DNA of 64,000 nucleotides. Origin: Schizochytrium sp. TIO01. Taxonomy: Eukaryota; Protista; Bigyra: Labyrinthulomycetes. The notes beneath the pieces were generated by a model. That model saw nothing but the letters and a program-made list of their open reading frames with translations. It was not told the DNA's origin and did no database searches. Shown one piece after another: positions 41,801 through 51,669 of this stretch; the first letter of the stretch is position 1; the number at the start of each line of letters is the position of its first letter. Both the position numbers and the translations under genes were made by a program. Where the stretch lies: positions 1,317,859-1,381,858 of the forward strand of contig SMSO01000006.1 in NCBI GenBank assembly GCA_004764695.1, given 5' to 3'.

Positions 41801-44800
41801 ACCAATATCGAAGAAATGCGTTATAGTCTATGTGCTGATTACGATTCGATGATGTACTGCGAGCTGTGTCTCCCCCGTGCCATGGTATACCACCATTCAC
41901 GCGAGACATTAATTGGCGTAGTTGCATTTCGCTGCACTCAAACCCAAGCTCCATTAGAGCTCGGTGAAATTCCTCCCATGTCACTGAGCCATCTCCATTC
42001 GTGTCAAAGTATCGGAATGTTTCTTTCAATGGAATGTTCATACTCTCCGCGCTCGCGATAAACTCTTGTAAGTCAGCCTCGAGGGTTGCAATTGGATCAT
42101 CAATTACAGTATCACGAAGTTCCATTGAAGGACTTCCTGGTGACATTGGTGACATGGGACCTTGCCCTCCCGGACCATTACCCCCGTGTCTCTGGCTTTG
42201 ATGAGATTTACGAACAATAGCAGCTTGAATGAATTCAAGGTAGTGAATTTTACCATCATTTTGTAGATTTAAGACATCCAAGAGTTGCTTCATTTCTGAA
42301 GGATCGAGGCGAATGCCAAGTGCTGTCATTGCACACCGAAAGTCGCGTTGGGTAATGGTGTTACTTTGATCAAGGTCAAAGTGCTGGAACGGGTTCATTA
42401 CAGCGTGCCGATCAAGGCGACGGCGTGCAACTTGGAGTTGCGCCTTCTGCACGGCAGACCTTAATGCCGTGGCTACTTCAGCAGGCTCAACTTGTTTCAC
42501 AAACTCTTCATAGTCAACGAGCCCATCATTGTTTGCATCTAAATATCGCACAAGTTTCTCGAAATCTTGCTCTTGTAATTTTAAATCAAGTTTTCGCAGA
42601 ACTTGCAAAAATTCTACACGATCAATAACCCCATCTTGCCTATAATCAGCTTTCATAAACAGAGACTTTATTGAGAAAGCAGATGAAACTTTACCATCTA
42701 CTTTAGCTTCTATATGAGCTGTCTTGGGGCTCATTACATCCGAGCGATATTCATGACTCCTAGCTAACCCAAGTCGAATTCGCTTAATTATACGCAAAAG
42801 AGCTGCTTGCTCCTCTTCAACGCCAATCATTCTCAAGAAACTAGTGTAATCGATATTTCCATCAAGATGCGCAACACCGTACTCTCGCATGATGCTCTTT
42901 AGTTGCTGTTGAGAAAAGTGCATATTGAGCCGCAAAAGACCGGCTTCAAGTTTTGCCATACCTATTGAGCCTGTATTGTCATTATCAAAGAGACGGAAGC
43001 AGGATCTATCGTTCGAGCCACGGGCCTGAGCATCACGCAGCACTGTTCTAAGATTTGCTAAGAAATCTTTAATTTGAACTTTACCCAAATCATCGAACGA
43101 AGATGGAGAGGTTCCCATGACCTTTTGAAATTGTCCTATATCAATAAAGTTCCTTCCTGGAACTTGAAAGTACTTCATGAGGAGGTTGTTCTGTTGATCA
43201 GAGAGTTTAGTATTAATAAGTCTTTCAAGCCCATACTTAAATTCATCTGGTTTGATTAGCCCATCGCCGTCAAGATCAAAGTGAGCGAACGAATCTATGA
43301 CACTAACTGGATGTTTGGGATGATTTGCAGCAGCTTGGACGAGTTCTCGAAGGTGGTCGAGTATTTTTTCTGTGGAGTCAACAAGTTTCTCTTCACGTGA
43401 TGTACCTGGAATTACCGAGCGTGATGACGTCGGAGACATTAATTTAGATTCTTGCATAAGCACGCGGGAACTCCCTGGCACCATTGGGCTGGGCGGGCCA
43501 AAAGTCTTTACATGTTGCAGCATGTCAATTGGTAGATTGCCATTGCCCTGTGAAATCTCATGAAAAAGGAAGTGATACTTTACAAAAGTCTCCTTTTTTA
43601 CTTTATGCAGAAGGCGATACCCAATGGCTTTTTTCAGATCTTCTACAGAATAAACAAGATCCAATGATGCCAGAGCCTTGAGAGCATCGGAAAGGCTAAT
43701 GAGGCCCTTTTTGCTTGCATCATACTTTTCAAAAGCCTCACGAACATGTTTGAGACGACCCTGAGCGTACGCAAGAGAACCCCTAAACTTGGCGCGAAGC
43801 TCTAGGCGGTCTTCAATCGCCTTTTGAAATGCATTCTTCTCTATGAGCCCCACCTGAGGCCCTTGGAACTTTTTCATAATCATTTGGGTTGTGCGAAAGC
43901 TGATAGTGATAGGAAACCCGAGCTTAATGAGGGCATTTCGAAGCTCGATGGTACTCATCAAATTATCATTTGTCTCATCAAACACTTTAAAGCACGTTTC
44001 TGCTGGAACGTTCTCTGCAAGTGCGTTTGCTATGATATCAACGAGATGATCAAAGGTGCTCTCAGCAACTTCATTTTCCTCACTTGGCTCCAGGGAATCA
44101 AGCCAAACATCCGGACAAAGGAGCGCAAGCAATAAAGAGTATTTTACTGTATGCTGCATGATTATATCTTTGTGCAGCGTACCATATGCCTGCTCAATAA
44201 CTTTAATCGCCTGAACTTCATCGCGATCGACTCGGGAAAGATCAAATCCTAACTCTAAAAGAAGCTCTACATAATGCTCGATAGGAAGTCGGCACTGATC
44301 AGATGAGTCTATGACCTCGAGCAAGGCCCGCACATTCAAACCGTCACGCCGTGCGTTAGCGAAAACTTCGCTTGTTTCTCGAAGAATCTGCTCAAATTTG
44401 GGATAAGGAGGGTTTCGGGATGGGAAGAATGCAGCATTTTGAACTTGAAGCAAAACAGCTGGCCTCTGTATAACAGCATTATAGAAGGATTGAAAGTTGA
44501 TTTTTTGCTGTTGTAAATGTTCTGTAGATTCAAACATGTCCATCAACATATGTACTTGCCGCGTATTAAGGACAGTTCCCAATTTGGCAATGCCAGCAGC
44601 AAATTCTTTCCGGTCAATTAAGCCGTCGCCATCTTTGTCAAAGTGCCCGAAGGCATTTTCAGGCTGAACTTTACCTTTCTCAATTCCACTTTGAATTGTA
44701 TAACGAAGCCTTTCGAGAGCAGCTAGAGACATACAATTGTCTCTATCTTGCTCTTTATCATCCCGAGACCCGTCTTTCCACACATCTGGAGCTAAAGAGA

Positions 44801-45947
44801 TTAGAAATTTGCGATACATGATTTTCCCATCCACAAGAGATTGCGGTGATCTTTTATTGATAATGTATGATAATGTTGCAGGAGTCAGATTTCGAACGCC
44901 AAGGCTTGCCATAACTTGAGCAAAATTATCCACAGGAATAAAATCGTCAAATTTGAGATCAAAGGATTCAAAAAGGATTCGGAAATCAATTTGATGCTCA
45001 AGCGCGAGCCTTACAGCCGTGAGCATATCCTTAACAAGACGGTCAACCAGATCATCTGAGATGTCTTGCATTTCATTAGTCGGTAGCATGGGCTGTTTTA
45101 GTTTCTTCTTTTGCTGCTTTGTAATAGTTTGAGCGTTCTTCTTAGGTGCTTTTCTTTGCGTCTGAAGTTTCGAAAGCTGCTCATTGGAAACATTTGCCAG
45201 ACGTAATAGTTCCTCGAAAAGATCAAAAGAGCATATTTGACGTGGAGAAAGTGATGATGTTGATTCAGTAACGGCTGAATACTCTGAAGTCGTCATGGTG
45301 TTATTCTTGAGTTTTTGCAAAAGCTTGGGCACGTCGGAAACTACAAGGGGAGACACACTTTCAAAGACATTGTGAACTAATTTGTGTCGAGCTTCCATAA
45401 AGGTATGGCTTTCATCACTGTGCAAATTCGTTTCATCGCCTAAAAGTTGGAAATACGCCGCTAGTGATGGGTTCGATATCAGCTTCTCCCAACTGATGAA
45501 CTCATTGGTAGAGTTCAATAAATCCTGTTGCCAAAATATTTGAAGCATATCTTCTTTGGGAGGAATAGGCCACTGAGGCTGCATCTCCTTCAAGGCCTTG
45601 ATAAACTGATCAATGAAACAATGCTGATCACCAATATATCCTCGTAAAGTCTTGTCTACAGCGTGTCCTGAATTTGCGTGTCCCTTCAAAATGGCTAAGA
45701 TGTCATCCCAAATCCGTTTGCTTTCTCCTAAGGGTAATATGTCGCTACCGAGAACTTCAAACTTCTCCTCGGCTGGGCTAAAACTATCAGCGAAAGTAGT
45801 TTCAACAAGAAAAGAGGCTTTGCTGCCTTCTTTGTCTTTTATCTCAGCGATTCTCACTTTCACATATTCACGGGATCGGGCTGCGATAGCAGACTTGCGA
45901 GCGTCCCTACACTCTACAACATCACCCCGGGTAAATCGAGTGTTCAT
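35883..45947 (-). CDS. Giant multi-EF-hand protein with SAM, Tudor/Agenet-like and SPRY-like domains (~3350 aa)
   Basis: 10-kb uninterrupted ORF. EF loops DKDGDGLIDRKE, DLDGDGLIKPDE, DANNDGLVDYEE, DTNGDGSVTWEE, DMDNNGTISLEE; SAM-like EEWTVKQV..IDGEALLEL; Tudor-like VEVRYGGGSLWYPG..YDDGEVE; SPRY-like GGIHVWRV..GFGVGDALLLRLDL; first ATG at 45947. Confidence 0.92.
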   Translation of the reverse strand: MNTRFTRGDVVECRDARKSAIAARSREYVKVRIAEIKDKEGSKASFLVETTFADSFSPAEEKFEVLGSDILPLGESKRIWDDILAILKGHANSGHAVDKTLRGYIGDQHCFIDQFIKALKEMQPQWPIPPKEDMLQIFWQQDLLNSTNEFISWEKLISNPSLAAYFQLLGDETNLHSDESHTFMEARHKLVHNVFESVSPLVVSDVPKLLQKLKNNTMTTSEYSAVTESTSSLSPRQICSFDLFEELLRLANVSNEQLSKLQTQRKAPKKNAQTITKQQKKKLKQPMLPTNEMQDISDDLVDRLVKDMLTAVRLALEHQIDFRILFESFDLKFDDFIPVDNFAQVMASLGVRNLTPATLSYIINKRSPQSLVDGKIMYRKFLISLAPDVWKDGSRDDKEQDRDNCMSLAALERLRYTIQSGIEKGKVQPENAFGHFDKDGDGLIDRKEFAAGIAKLGTVLNTRQVHMLMDMFESTEHLQQQKINFQSFYNAVIQRPAVLLQVQNAAFFPSRNPPYPKFEQILRETSEVFANARRDGLNVRALLEVIDSSDQCRLPIEHYVELLLELGFDLSRVDRDEVQAIKVIEQAYGTLHKDIIMQHTVKYSLLLALLCPDVWLDSLEPSEENEVAESTFDHLVDIIANALAENVPAETCFKVFDETNDNLMSTIELRNALIKLGFPITISFRTTQMIMKKFQGPQVGLIEKNAFQKAIEDRLELRAKFRGSLAYAQGRLKHVREAFEKYDASKKGLISLSDALKALASLDLVYSVEDLKKAIGYRLLHKVKKETFVKYHFLFHEISQGNGNLPIDMLQHVKTFGPPSPMVPGSSRVLMQESKLMSPTSSRSVIPGTSREEKLVDSTEKILDHLRELVQAAANHPKHPVSVIDSFAHFDLDGDGLIKPDEFKYGLERLINTKLSDQQNNLLMKYFQVPGRNFIDIGQFQKVMGTSPSSFDDLGKVQIKDFLANLRTVLRDAQARGSNDRSCFRLFDNDNTGSIGMAKLEAGLLRLNMHFSQQQLKSIMREYGVAHLDGNIDYTSFLRMIGVEEEQAALLRIIKRIRLGLARSHEYRSDVMSPKTAHIEAKVDGKVSSAFSIKSLFMKADYRQDGVIDRVEFLQVLRKLDLKLQEQDFEKLVRYLDANNDGLVDYEEFVKQVEPAEVATALRSAVQKAQLQVARRRLDRHAVMNPFQHFDLDQSNTITQRDFRCAMTALGIRLDPSEMKQLLDVLNLQNDGKIHYLEFIQAAIVRKSHQSQRHGGNGPGGQGPMSPMSPGSPSMELRDTVIDDPIATLEADLQEFIASAESMNIPLKETFRYFDTNGDGSVTWEEFHRALMELGFECSEMQLRQLMSRVNGGIPWHGGDTARSTSSNRNQHIDYNAFLRYWSAAKNPEVPVSKDARSDEEIVQQVRKLRRELKSFLLESGKRGVKASDVFSHFDMDNNGTISLEEFELAISDIFAHHEEFDARVIRQFTETLDESKDGQVDYFEFLGIKRSAIPGLTLNKNAEAKRQTWQAVFGSRQSEKTRRAAKSVARYAVEAILCKVESEIETHGPLWQAQRRAHAARVNNASFIQRNATAVKEKVYCARKARVIIPKFVQETSNQAVGTAVSPSNSSIEEFRGSSSNSRQNISTSTSAKSMEKRLRIAKRIHAAEMAAARMAEEAALRAEEAAEAQRLRNVEENATRHALGRLNNVMFFSTQSRVLDFLESIGLTRFQSRISHGTHLGMTECYVFPLGNDHDMLTVLGTGSTIVARKVKRELLRLLSVDALDPGLVAGDGDPEEWTVKQVSKFASACGLPSLPFEHQGIDGEALLELDLMEALEELRLENEIALQALLFRTAYLHYSARSRHGNANTHITSATHNHRVYRRLVVNDTMLPRPNEAPINQWGTSDVVQLMSSLELPIEEAMALALDGETLLELSDEEIEQELRIRGPLLTKFRAAIEAVRQPPWLALGTGPYFEARLAAPTTGDPDPAVMQSNELSCTYLKAARQHDIWLHVGPALSDAFQVVLRGLNLDENAEKLPAKASGGFITDKPEDFQALSPSGRTKVSAGAIEAELARVMDFLRQAARSGLPVLETFRSRDETNDDTLTLFEFEESLFALGYDSADVGLLRLTLQSRIKDSRRKSSVNYKRFYIECMNRAEFHHPVFSKALSSTHMAFTANGFMASLLVNLQGQTTDLSENIPSLPGPRELGVHSNVLVRYGGGATLYEASILCDHKDGSYDVRFENTGEIRSIPLDWIEEVPIQNESSERGRTTPKGVSGSVTKFSDTKIPTNFQLARCDSSFDGGIHVWRVFVKHMSHDVVVGIASVDRSGRDQFVGVNSRGELICRGYSASRVRSMNRFARISKNGFGVGDALLLRLDLTSQELQIFLAPDTIEVNQCIDDLTEVARIRLNEVYRAQGKEQQDPNRRIKMFLKKKRGQLEKLLLQKIDERQRSVPVSVISYELYELGLEARESDLFNFLQPFLHRRRHGVDPLAMLEGLGLASEQHWESDSGSDSDYDEKNLSGPNKSITACSGYAPGMLLQGAGDAVQFTEACRAAPAMAEAKVGALVEVRYGGGSLWYPGEIMKIEENRGDHAQTSYTIRYDDGEVESGVRMGNIRILRQEKPPVATPKSRLVLQLYCRLLAYVAPISNNQREERLAQRRAQLLNGAAYKSAAKGRVWQHGRHHEFEIEKGSQEGEKRAAERISGSEPTLLATDVEIRGSTFSDVGGLRLQELLRKRLNTPHQVNWSLTTSTCHQFYAPLAVEQQSNETDASTKGTSAETVSSFPGAVVSDQSWTHIGSIDVESMQKVSEGEVGIPVSLRLDAPSNQCYYRLCFMGVLGTVLPSGEFVKVQAPVEPVRAVMNKTRVRIGGGWEMDVFDSLAMNDSADFKAGRFFLLSGAIAVHEPTKSEQDASKARTTNQKRTPKGLPKRVSRKPFREEFHPERRRGNGTKLEKEIPTVEIPGMGDARLSNVDTVEDSTATKPNGVAYLNQGYSRSNRESSMDDSPKRASPAPRSPSRRRFGNWPKSPTKMWMSQDEQIVIDRWLKDIGLNEYGLPPDLDEVNFGYENSGRFSNRFEQIFDIHPERPWMQMARERRWLPTRDEQRKIRRWARRSGSQRPNRRLPDQTLYEALLLAEPSQPWLDRVPRRDPLKPRATAAGLRASTNVDIGKEKRDAEGVFKGNEGKQFAKGGVNKPHQPAPPATPRQKGGKQNKEWQQDVRIVQDNIKRRLEEVDQDVEHMTSQYASLVADHDRTDSQRRIHRDEVKEMARAMAQEAMARKNEEAHLAWERKQQLLQAQSLAAQQASVDRREANLRTMEDQFRAAAQAQEWAQQIDKKYVRKVAKDKNRKQGEDGPLERAVHLSGKNIPL

Positions 45948-46819
45948 AGTGATACAGCAGCTGAAAGTACTAGGGTTTGAGGCCAGCTTGGTCCTCACCT
46001 TCGCGCTTGCCAGAAGCCGCCTCTTTCAGTCTCTCTGTTCAGTCTGTAAGTTAAGCTTGCTAAACCAGGCTCTCCTCTCGACACAATAGACGACGTAGCC
46101 TTGGTTGCTGCTGCTACAGCCTTGCGCGGCTTTGGCGACGTCAGGCACCAGCAGACCACTATTGCACGAGAGCAAGACAAGCTCCCGTGACCTCTTTTGC
46201 AAATGTAGCGGCCTTTAGACAACAAAACACAATAATATTCACTAGTTCACAGTATTAGCACCGGGAGTCTTTTAATAGCAGGTTCTTTTTCACGTTAAAG
46301 GCCCATTTGCAATCGATTCTGCGGATCGCCTCTCACGGCTGTCTTTTGCCCGAAAACTCGGGCTCGAGCCCAGGAAGGTCCCATGACCAGCCTGAGAGCA
46401 AAGAGGTGTTACAGTGTAGTGCTCAACGGTAACATTTATATAGAAGGGAAGATAGAAGGAATTTAAAAGAAAAAAGAAAAAAGAAAAAAGGCTTAAAATA
46501 CACAGCAAGTAAAGGAGAAATTCTAGTCATTGAAGAACCAAAGAAACCAAAAGGCGCCAATCGGGCTCTAAGTACTGTCGAAGAGGAACCTAGTTTAAGC
46601 ACCGATTTATTTACGCTAAACAAAAACTTGATGCTTGCGATTAGCTTTAGGGTATAGCTCGATAAGTGCAGTGACTCGTTCGCAAAGGACCGCAAAAGCG
46701 ATTGGAACTTGGCAGCACAGCAAGTCGACCAGTCTTGGCGGGTTGCAAGACTTGAAGAAGCAAAAGAAAATCCAAAAGGCGAAAGAAGTTGACAGCGACA
46801 GGCGAGTGGTGCTGTAAAT

Positions 46820-47331
46820 ATGATAACCTCCGTGGAAAGCAAGCTCTCAGATGCTAACATTGAGATCGATGAGGGAATGGACAAAATTGAAGGTGGGGTA
46901 ACAGCAGCATTGCAAAAGGTAAGTGTCACCAGTGTTTGCTGATAGTTAACTCAAAGAGCTATTGACAGTAAACTGACACGACAGTTCGAGTTTTGCACGA
47001 ACTTTTCTATGGCTGTATTCTACTCATGTAGCTTAAGCGCTTAATTGACTTTAAGCAGTACAACAGCGCGTATGATCTCTGCAAGGTTATCTTGAAGCAC
47101 GAGCCGAAGAACAGTTTGCTCTTAGAATACAAAGATGTTTTAGAGCGTGCTAAAGTTGAACTCGCGGATGATACGGAGTCTGAGTCCGAGTCTGAATCTG
47201 ATTCAGATTTAGACGACGGGGACGAGGAAGATAGCATGGACGAAGAGAATGGTGAGCCAGATGATAATGACGACGAGTCTGATTATGAAGCATCCATATC
47301 ACGCTCGAGGGAATCAAAGCTTCAAAGATAG
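46820..47331 (+). CDS. Spliced small acidic protein, ERICH2-like (exons 46820-46918 and 47032-47331)
   Basis: GTAAGT donor at 46919 and TAG acceptor ending at 47031 join in frame to ~132 aa; AYDLCKVILKHEPKN plus D/E-rich tail resembles glutamate-rich protein 2; upstream exons possible. Confidence 0.65.
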
Positions 47332-48151
47332 CTCTGCGATTTCCATTTCGGCATAAACATTGCTGCCCTTGGTTTCCTCATTCGTTTATAAATATCTCCT
47401 GAGAAATATATAATTCTTCTTGGTTTTTGGCGGAAAAGCGCACCTTTGTATTCAGATCGACTTCCAAAACATAGAGATCCACAAGAACAATTAAAACAGA
47501 AATACATGAAAAACAAAGAGAATCCGGTCTTAATTTCAAGGAAGCGCAAATAAAATCAACAAGCCCTGAGAGTGGTGGGAAATGAACAACTAAAAATTGA
47601 AAAGATCAAATCGAAAAGGCAAGAATGCTCTGCTCTTTGCCTCAATCGCTGAGGGCATTGAACGTGCATATTTGAGAAACCAGCATCCTCATCATCATTG
47701 TCGTCATCATCAAAATTTTAGCAAGGAAGTTTTCTGCTCTTGCACGAGATACACGGCCGGCCGTGTCGTGATTGAACGTGCTTGATAATTATGTAGTTGC
47801 CATCGCCCCAGCCTCGCAAGACAGAATGAGCTCTGGATTAGTGGAAAATGTCCTCGACAGAATATAGCACATACACCCTCTCACTGAGCGCCATCAGGCA
47901 ATCTTATAAATTTCAACAAGGCTATTTGAAGTAATTCAAACTTTCAAAGCTCTTATAAGACTGAAATAAAGTTGATTGCAGAAGAGGGTGCCAATGTGAA
48001 AGGCGCGAGCTCCCAGGATGGTTGTGGCGATGATAGGTGCATTGAATGATGATGACAAAGATAATAAATTGATGAGGGGACGTTGGTAAACAGTGGTAAC
48101 GGTGCTGGTAACTAGACTCTATATTGCAAAAGGTATCTATAATATGATTGC

Positions 48152-49027
48152 TTATTCTTTTCCTTGCTCCTCCTGCCGCAATGCACGGACCTTGGCGAGG
48201 GTGGAAGCGATGTTTTCTGGGATCTTGCGGACAGTTGCGACGGCGGACTGGGCGGGTTTGAGAAGAGGGGTGCGGATGGCTCCGAGCTGGTTGCGCATAC
48301 CTGCGACAACCTTCGCCTGAAACAGCTGGTGCGGGGTGAGTCCCTCAACATCGGGGAGCGCCTTGGACTCCTTCTTCAGGAGCTCCACAAGAGCGTCGAC
48401 TCCACTACGCGTAAAGAAGAGGTTTGAGTTGGCCTTGCCTTCGTCGTGAATGAAGCCTCCCACAACGAGGTACTTCTTCGCCTTGTAAATGTCATTCTTC
48501 ACATCCGAAATCGGCACGATATCGTTGAACTTCTTAAGCCTTTCCGGAGAGCTCACAAAGCTCAGCAGAGGGTCCTCAAGGTACACCAAGTTCGTGACTC
48601 CCTTGGCCAAGCGCGAAGCAGCCTCAAATCCAAACTCATCCTCAGGAGCCAATTTGCGAGCAGTGACTTTAATCAAACTCGACTTAGCCCTCATGACATT
48701 GAAACCAAGTTCACGCAGCTGCGCCTTGGCAGGCTTCAAGTCACCGGCCACGAAGAAGATCAAGCTACTCTTCTTGAAGACCTCCGAATAGTACTCCGCA
48801 ATCAGGTTCGACCGTGTGAACCTGCGCTCTTCCACCACACCGGCAGAAGAGTCCCCTTCGGGCTGAGAAGCGCCATGCGTCATGACGGAGAAAGGACGCC
48901 ATGTAGAAGCAGCCAAGGCAGGCAAGGCCACAGAGGTAGCGGGCGTAGAAGGAGCCAAAGAAACCGAGCCCACGCGGGACGAGGCCAAGGCAGAGAGGCG
49001 CACAGCGCGGGAGGCGGCCTGCATCAT
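48152..49027 (-). CDS. Mitochondrial ribosomal protein uL10-like
   Basis: Ala/Ser/Arg-rich N-terminal presequence, then L10-like core (KAQLRELGFNVMRAKSSLIK, KGVTNLVY, LVVGGFI, ALPD..QAKVVAGM..PAQ); ATG at 49027. Confidence 0.75.
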   Translation of the reverse strand: MMQAASRAVRLSALASSRVGSVSLAPSTPATSVALPALAASTWRPFSVMTHGASQPEGDSSAGVVEERRFTRSNLIAEYYSEVFKKSSLIFFVAGDLKPAKAQLRELGFNVMRAKSSLIKVTARKLAPEDEFGFEAASRLAKGVTNLVYLEDPLLSFVSSPERLKKFNDIVPISDVKNDIYKAKKYLVVGGFIHDEGKANSNLFFTRSGVDALVELLKKESKALPDVEGLTPHQLFQAKVVAGMRNQLGAIRTPLLKPAQSAVATVRKIPENIASTLAKVRALRQEEQGKE

Positions 49028-49090
49028 CGTGGCGCGCAAACGAAGACAGGCAACAGGCAGCGATCGAAGTCTGTTCAAGCAATCAACTAC

Positions 49091-49140
49091 ATTCATTCAT
49101 TCATTCATTCATTCATTCATTCATTCAATCATTCAATCAC
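49091..49140. repeat. (ATTC)n microsatellite
   Basis: Seen directly. Confidence 0.9.
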
Positions 49141-50007
49141 TTATTCAACTATTTATTCACTTATACTCTCATTATTGCCCACTTATGGTCACTCACTTAT
49201 TTATTATACATTTATACATCATATACAATGAATCAATAAGTAAATAAGTCAATAAGTCAATAACTCAATAAGTAAAATAAATCAATAAATAAATCAAATA
49301 AATAAGTACATTGCTTCAGGCATTTGCAAAGCAACCCGCTGCTGCTGCTGCTGCCTCCCATGTGATCAGTCGCCTAGGCCACCGGGAGCGGACGCCAACG
49401 TGGTCCTGGCCTGGTCTTCTTGTTGCTCCCACCGCTGCAGGTGATGGCGATTTCGGTGCCGGCAGAAGAAGTCGCATCTCGCCTCACCTGCTGAGCGAGA
49501 GGGAGCGATGACTGCGGCAGTACAATATAGTAATGGAGTACTACAGCCACTCGTGGCAGGCAGGGAGCTGCAAGTGGGCTACACAGAGCACAAGTGGAGT
49601 ATACTTGCAAACACAATAGAGAATGGAAAGTGCAAACAGGGGACTTTAATTGGCAAATAGACTATTTGTGCGGACACGCACAGAGGTGAACGCGGGGAAT
49701 AAATGTCACCACAAGGAACTTGTGGAACTTGTGGAACGTGTGGAACTTGTGTGGAGTTTGAGTACCTGAAATAGGATGGGTACTTTAAATAAGGACTGAA
49801 GTGGACTTTAGACTCGAAGAAGAGGAGGAAGGACTTGAAGGAGATCAGGGGATTTAGTTGGAGTACTTGCTTGCAGTCACTCGTTTTCTAGGGTTTACTG
49901 CCTTGCGAATAGAGATTAGAAAGGCTTCCGAGCAAAAAAATTAAATGCTGATACTCTTGTGAAAATAATCTTGTTGCTTTATGTTTAGTATTGAGTAGAA
50001 CTTGCTC

Positions 50008-51669
50008 TTACCATATTCTACTAGTAAAGATCATAAAGCGCACGCTTGTAACAGAGAACTTTGTGGCCATAAATAGCGAGGACAACCTACATCTTAGCTT
50101 GGAATTGTGAATTGAAAAACATCCGTTGATGTCCTGTATCCCTAGCGGACAAGGGATTGCGAAATTCATGTTTCTAAGGAATTCAACTTGTTGCTCCAGA
50201 ACCACGAATCTAGGCTCTTTCGTACTCGCTCATCTCTTGCTAAATTTCCAGATTTTGTGGTATTTAATAAAAAAAGGTTCTAAGACCTCATCCTTTCTAA
50301 CTTCTTTGTGTGCCAGTCGCTTCAAGTAGTATAGTGACGCTCGGTCGACATCAACTTCTCGCTTGTGCATTACCGGTCTTTGCATTAAATCAAGGATGGA
50401 CTGCGGAGTTTGCTTAGTAATTGCAGAAGCACCTCGCGCAAATTGCTGATCTGATGCATCTGCTTTTCCTTGAGCCACGGCTTTGGACACGTCTACGACG
50501 TCTCTTATTTTTTTTGCGTATCGAATGATCGTAAACGATTCAAAACTTTAGTTCACTTTGTTCAGTTTTTCATTTTCTTTCATGAGTTGAACTTGAGGTT
50601 TGAAGCTTCAAAAAAAATATCGTGGATATCTTCCTTGTCAGCATTTATAAGACTCTGCAAACAACTTTGTGCTTTCTCAACATGTATATTTTTCGGCACA
50701 CCATTTGAGTTCTTTCTCTGTGGTGGAGTCTCGGCCTCTGATTCTTCTCCATCACGCTCAGCTCTATATCCACTGCCAGCGTCATCATCAGCAATATTAT
50801 AATAAGCTTCCCCTTCATCTAACGTGAGAGCACCACAGCGGGCTTGCTGTTAGTCGAAAGAGTCCTATGAGCCATGCTTTGATAAAATATCCGGCAGTTA
50901 GCTCGCTTCACCTTGTAGAATCACGCTTGGCCTCTGACCGTTTAGCGATGGCAAATACAAATTTGAGAAAAGGTGTTTGCTGCTTGGTTTTGCTCGGTGC
51001 GCTTTTCTTTCTTCTTTTCTATGTCACCTCCAAAAACGTAGAGACCCGATAGAGACTCCATGTGGAACTCTCTATATTCCTTAAGCCATTATTCTCACAA
51101 CCATACTCACTCCATTACTCGTCGAGTCCTTTCTGACCACAACGCAAATTCACACCCGCAAACTTATCGCTAAGCATAGCATAGTAAACTTGGCCACTTT
51201 TCCTCCCTCAGATAACTGTTTCTTCCGGTGCTTGAGCCAGGTATCTGCTTGCAAAACCTACTATTCATGGTCTCATCAACGTTCAATTGGTTAATCATAG
51301 ACTGGATTTTCCACCGGTGAATTGACGATTGGAAAATCTCCAACTTGGGCCAAAATCGAAATCTAGAAGGCAAAGAAACCTTTCTATTCCTCAAGAAAAC
51401 AAAGCATTAGACAAAACTGGTTGCTCCAATGAAGAAGCTGTTCACGCAGGTATTTGGCTATCCGGTGACGCCTGAGAGTTAAAACATACAAAGAAGAAAT
51501 TACATAATTCTGTTCGAAATGCGTTTGTTTCTTCACCGTGGGATCGTTGGGCGCCGCAGATGCGCATAGTCAAAGAGAGGGATCCATACTTCGTTCGCAT
51601 CGACCTTTTCCTTAATGTATTATTGTCATTGTTGCTCTTATTTCTTCGCGCAGCATTCTTTGGCACCAT
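50008..51669 (-). pseudogene. Decayed protein-coding gene of unknown family
   Basis: Collinear protein-like ORF pieces (51442-51669, 51170-51394, an acidic stretch ~50600-50820, 50230-50490, 50008-50205) broken by stops and frameshifts. Confidence 0.4.

Noticed and set aside
49715-49756. GGAACTTGT short tandem repeat
   Set aside because: About four degenerate adjacent units without spacers; ordinary minisatellite
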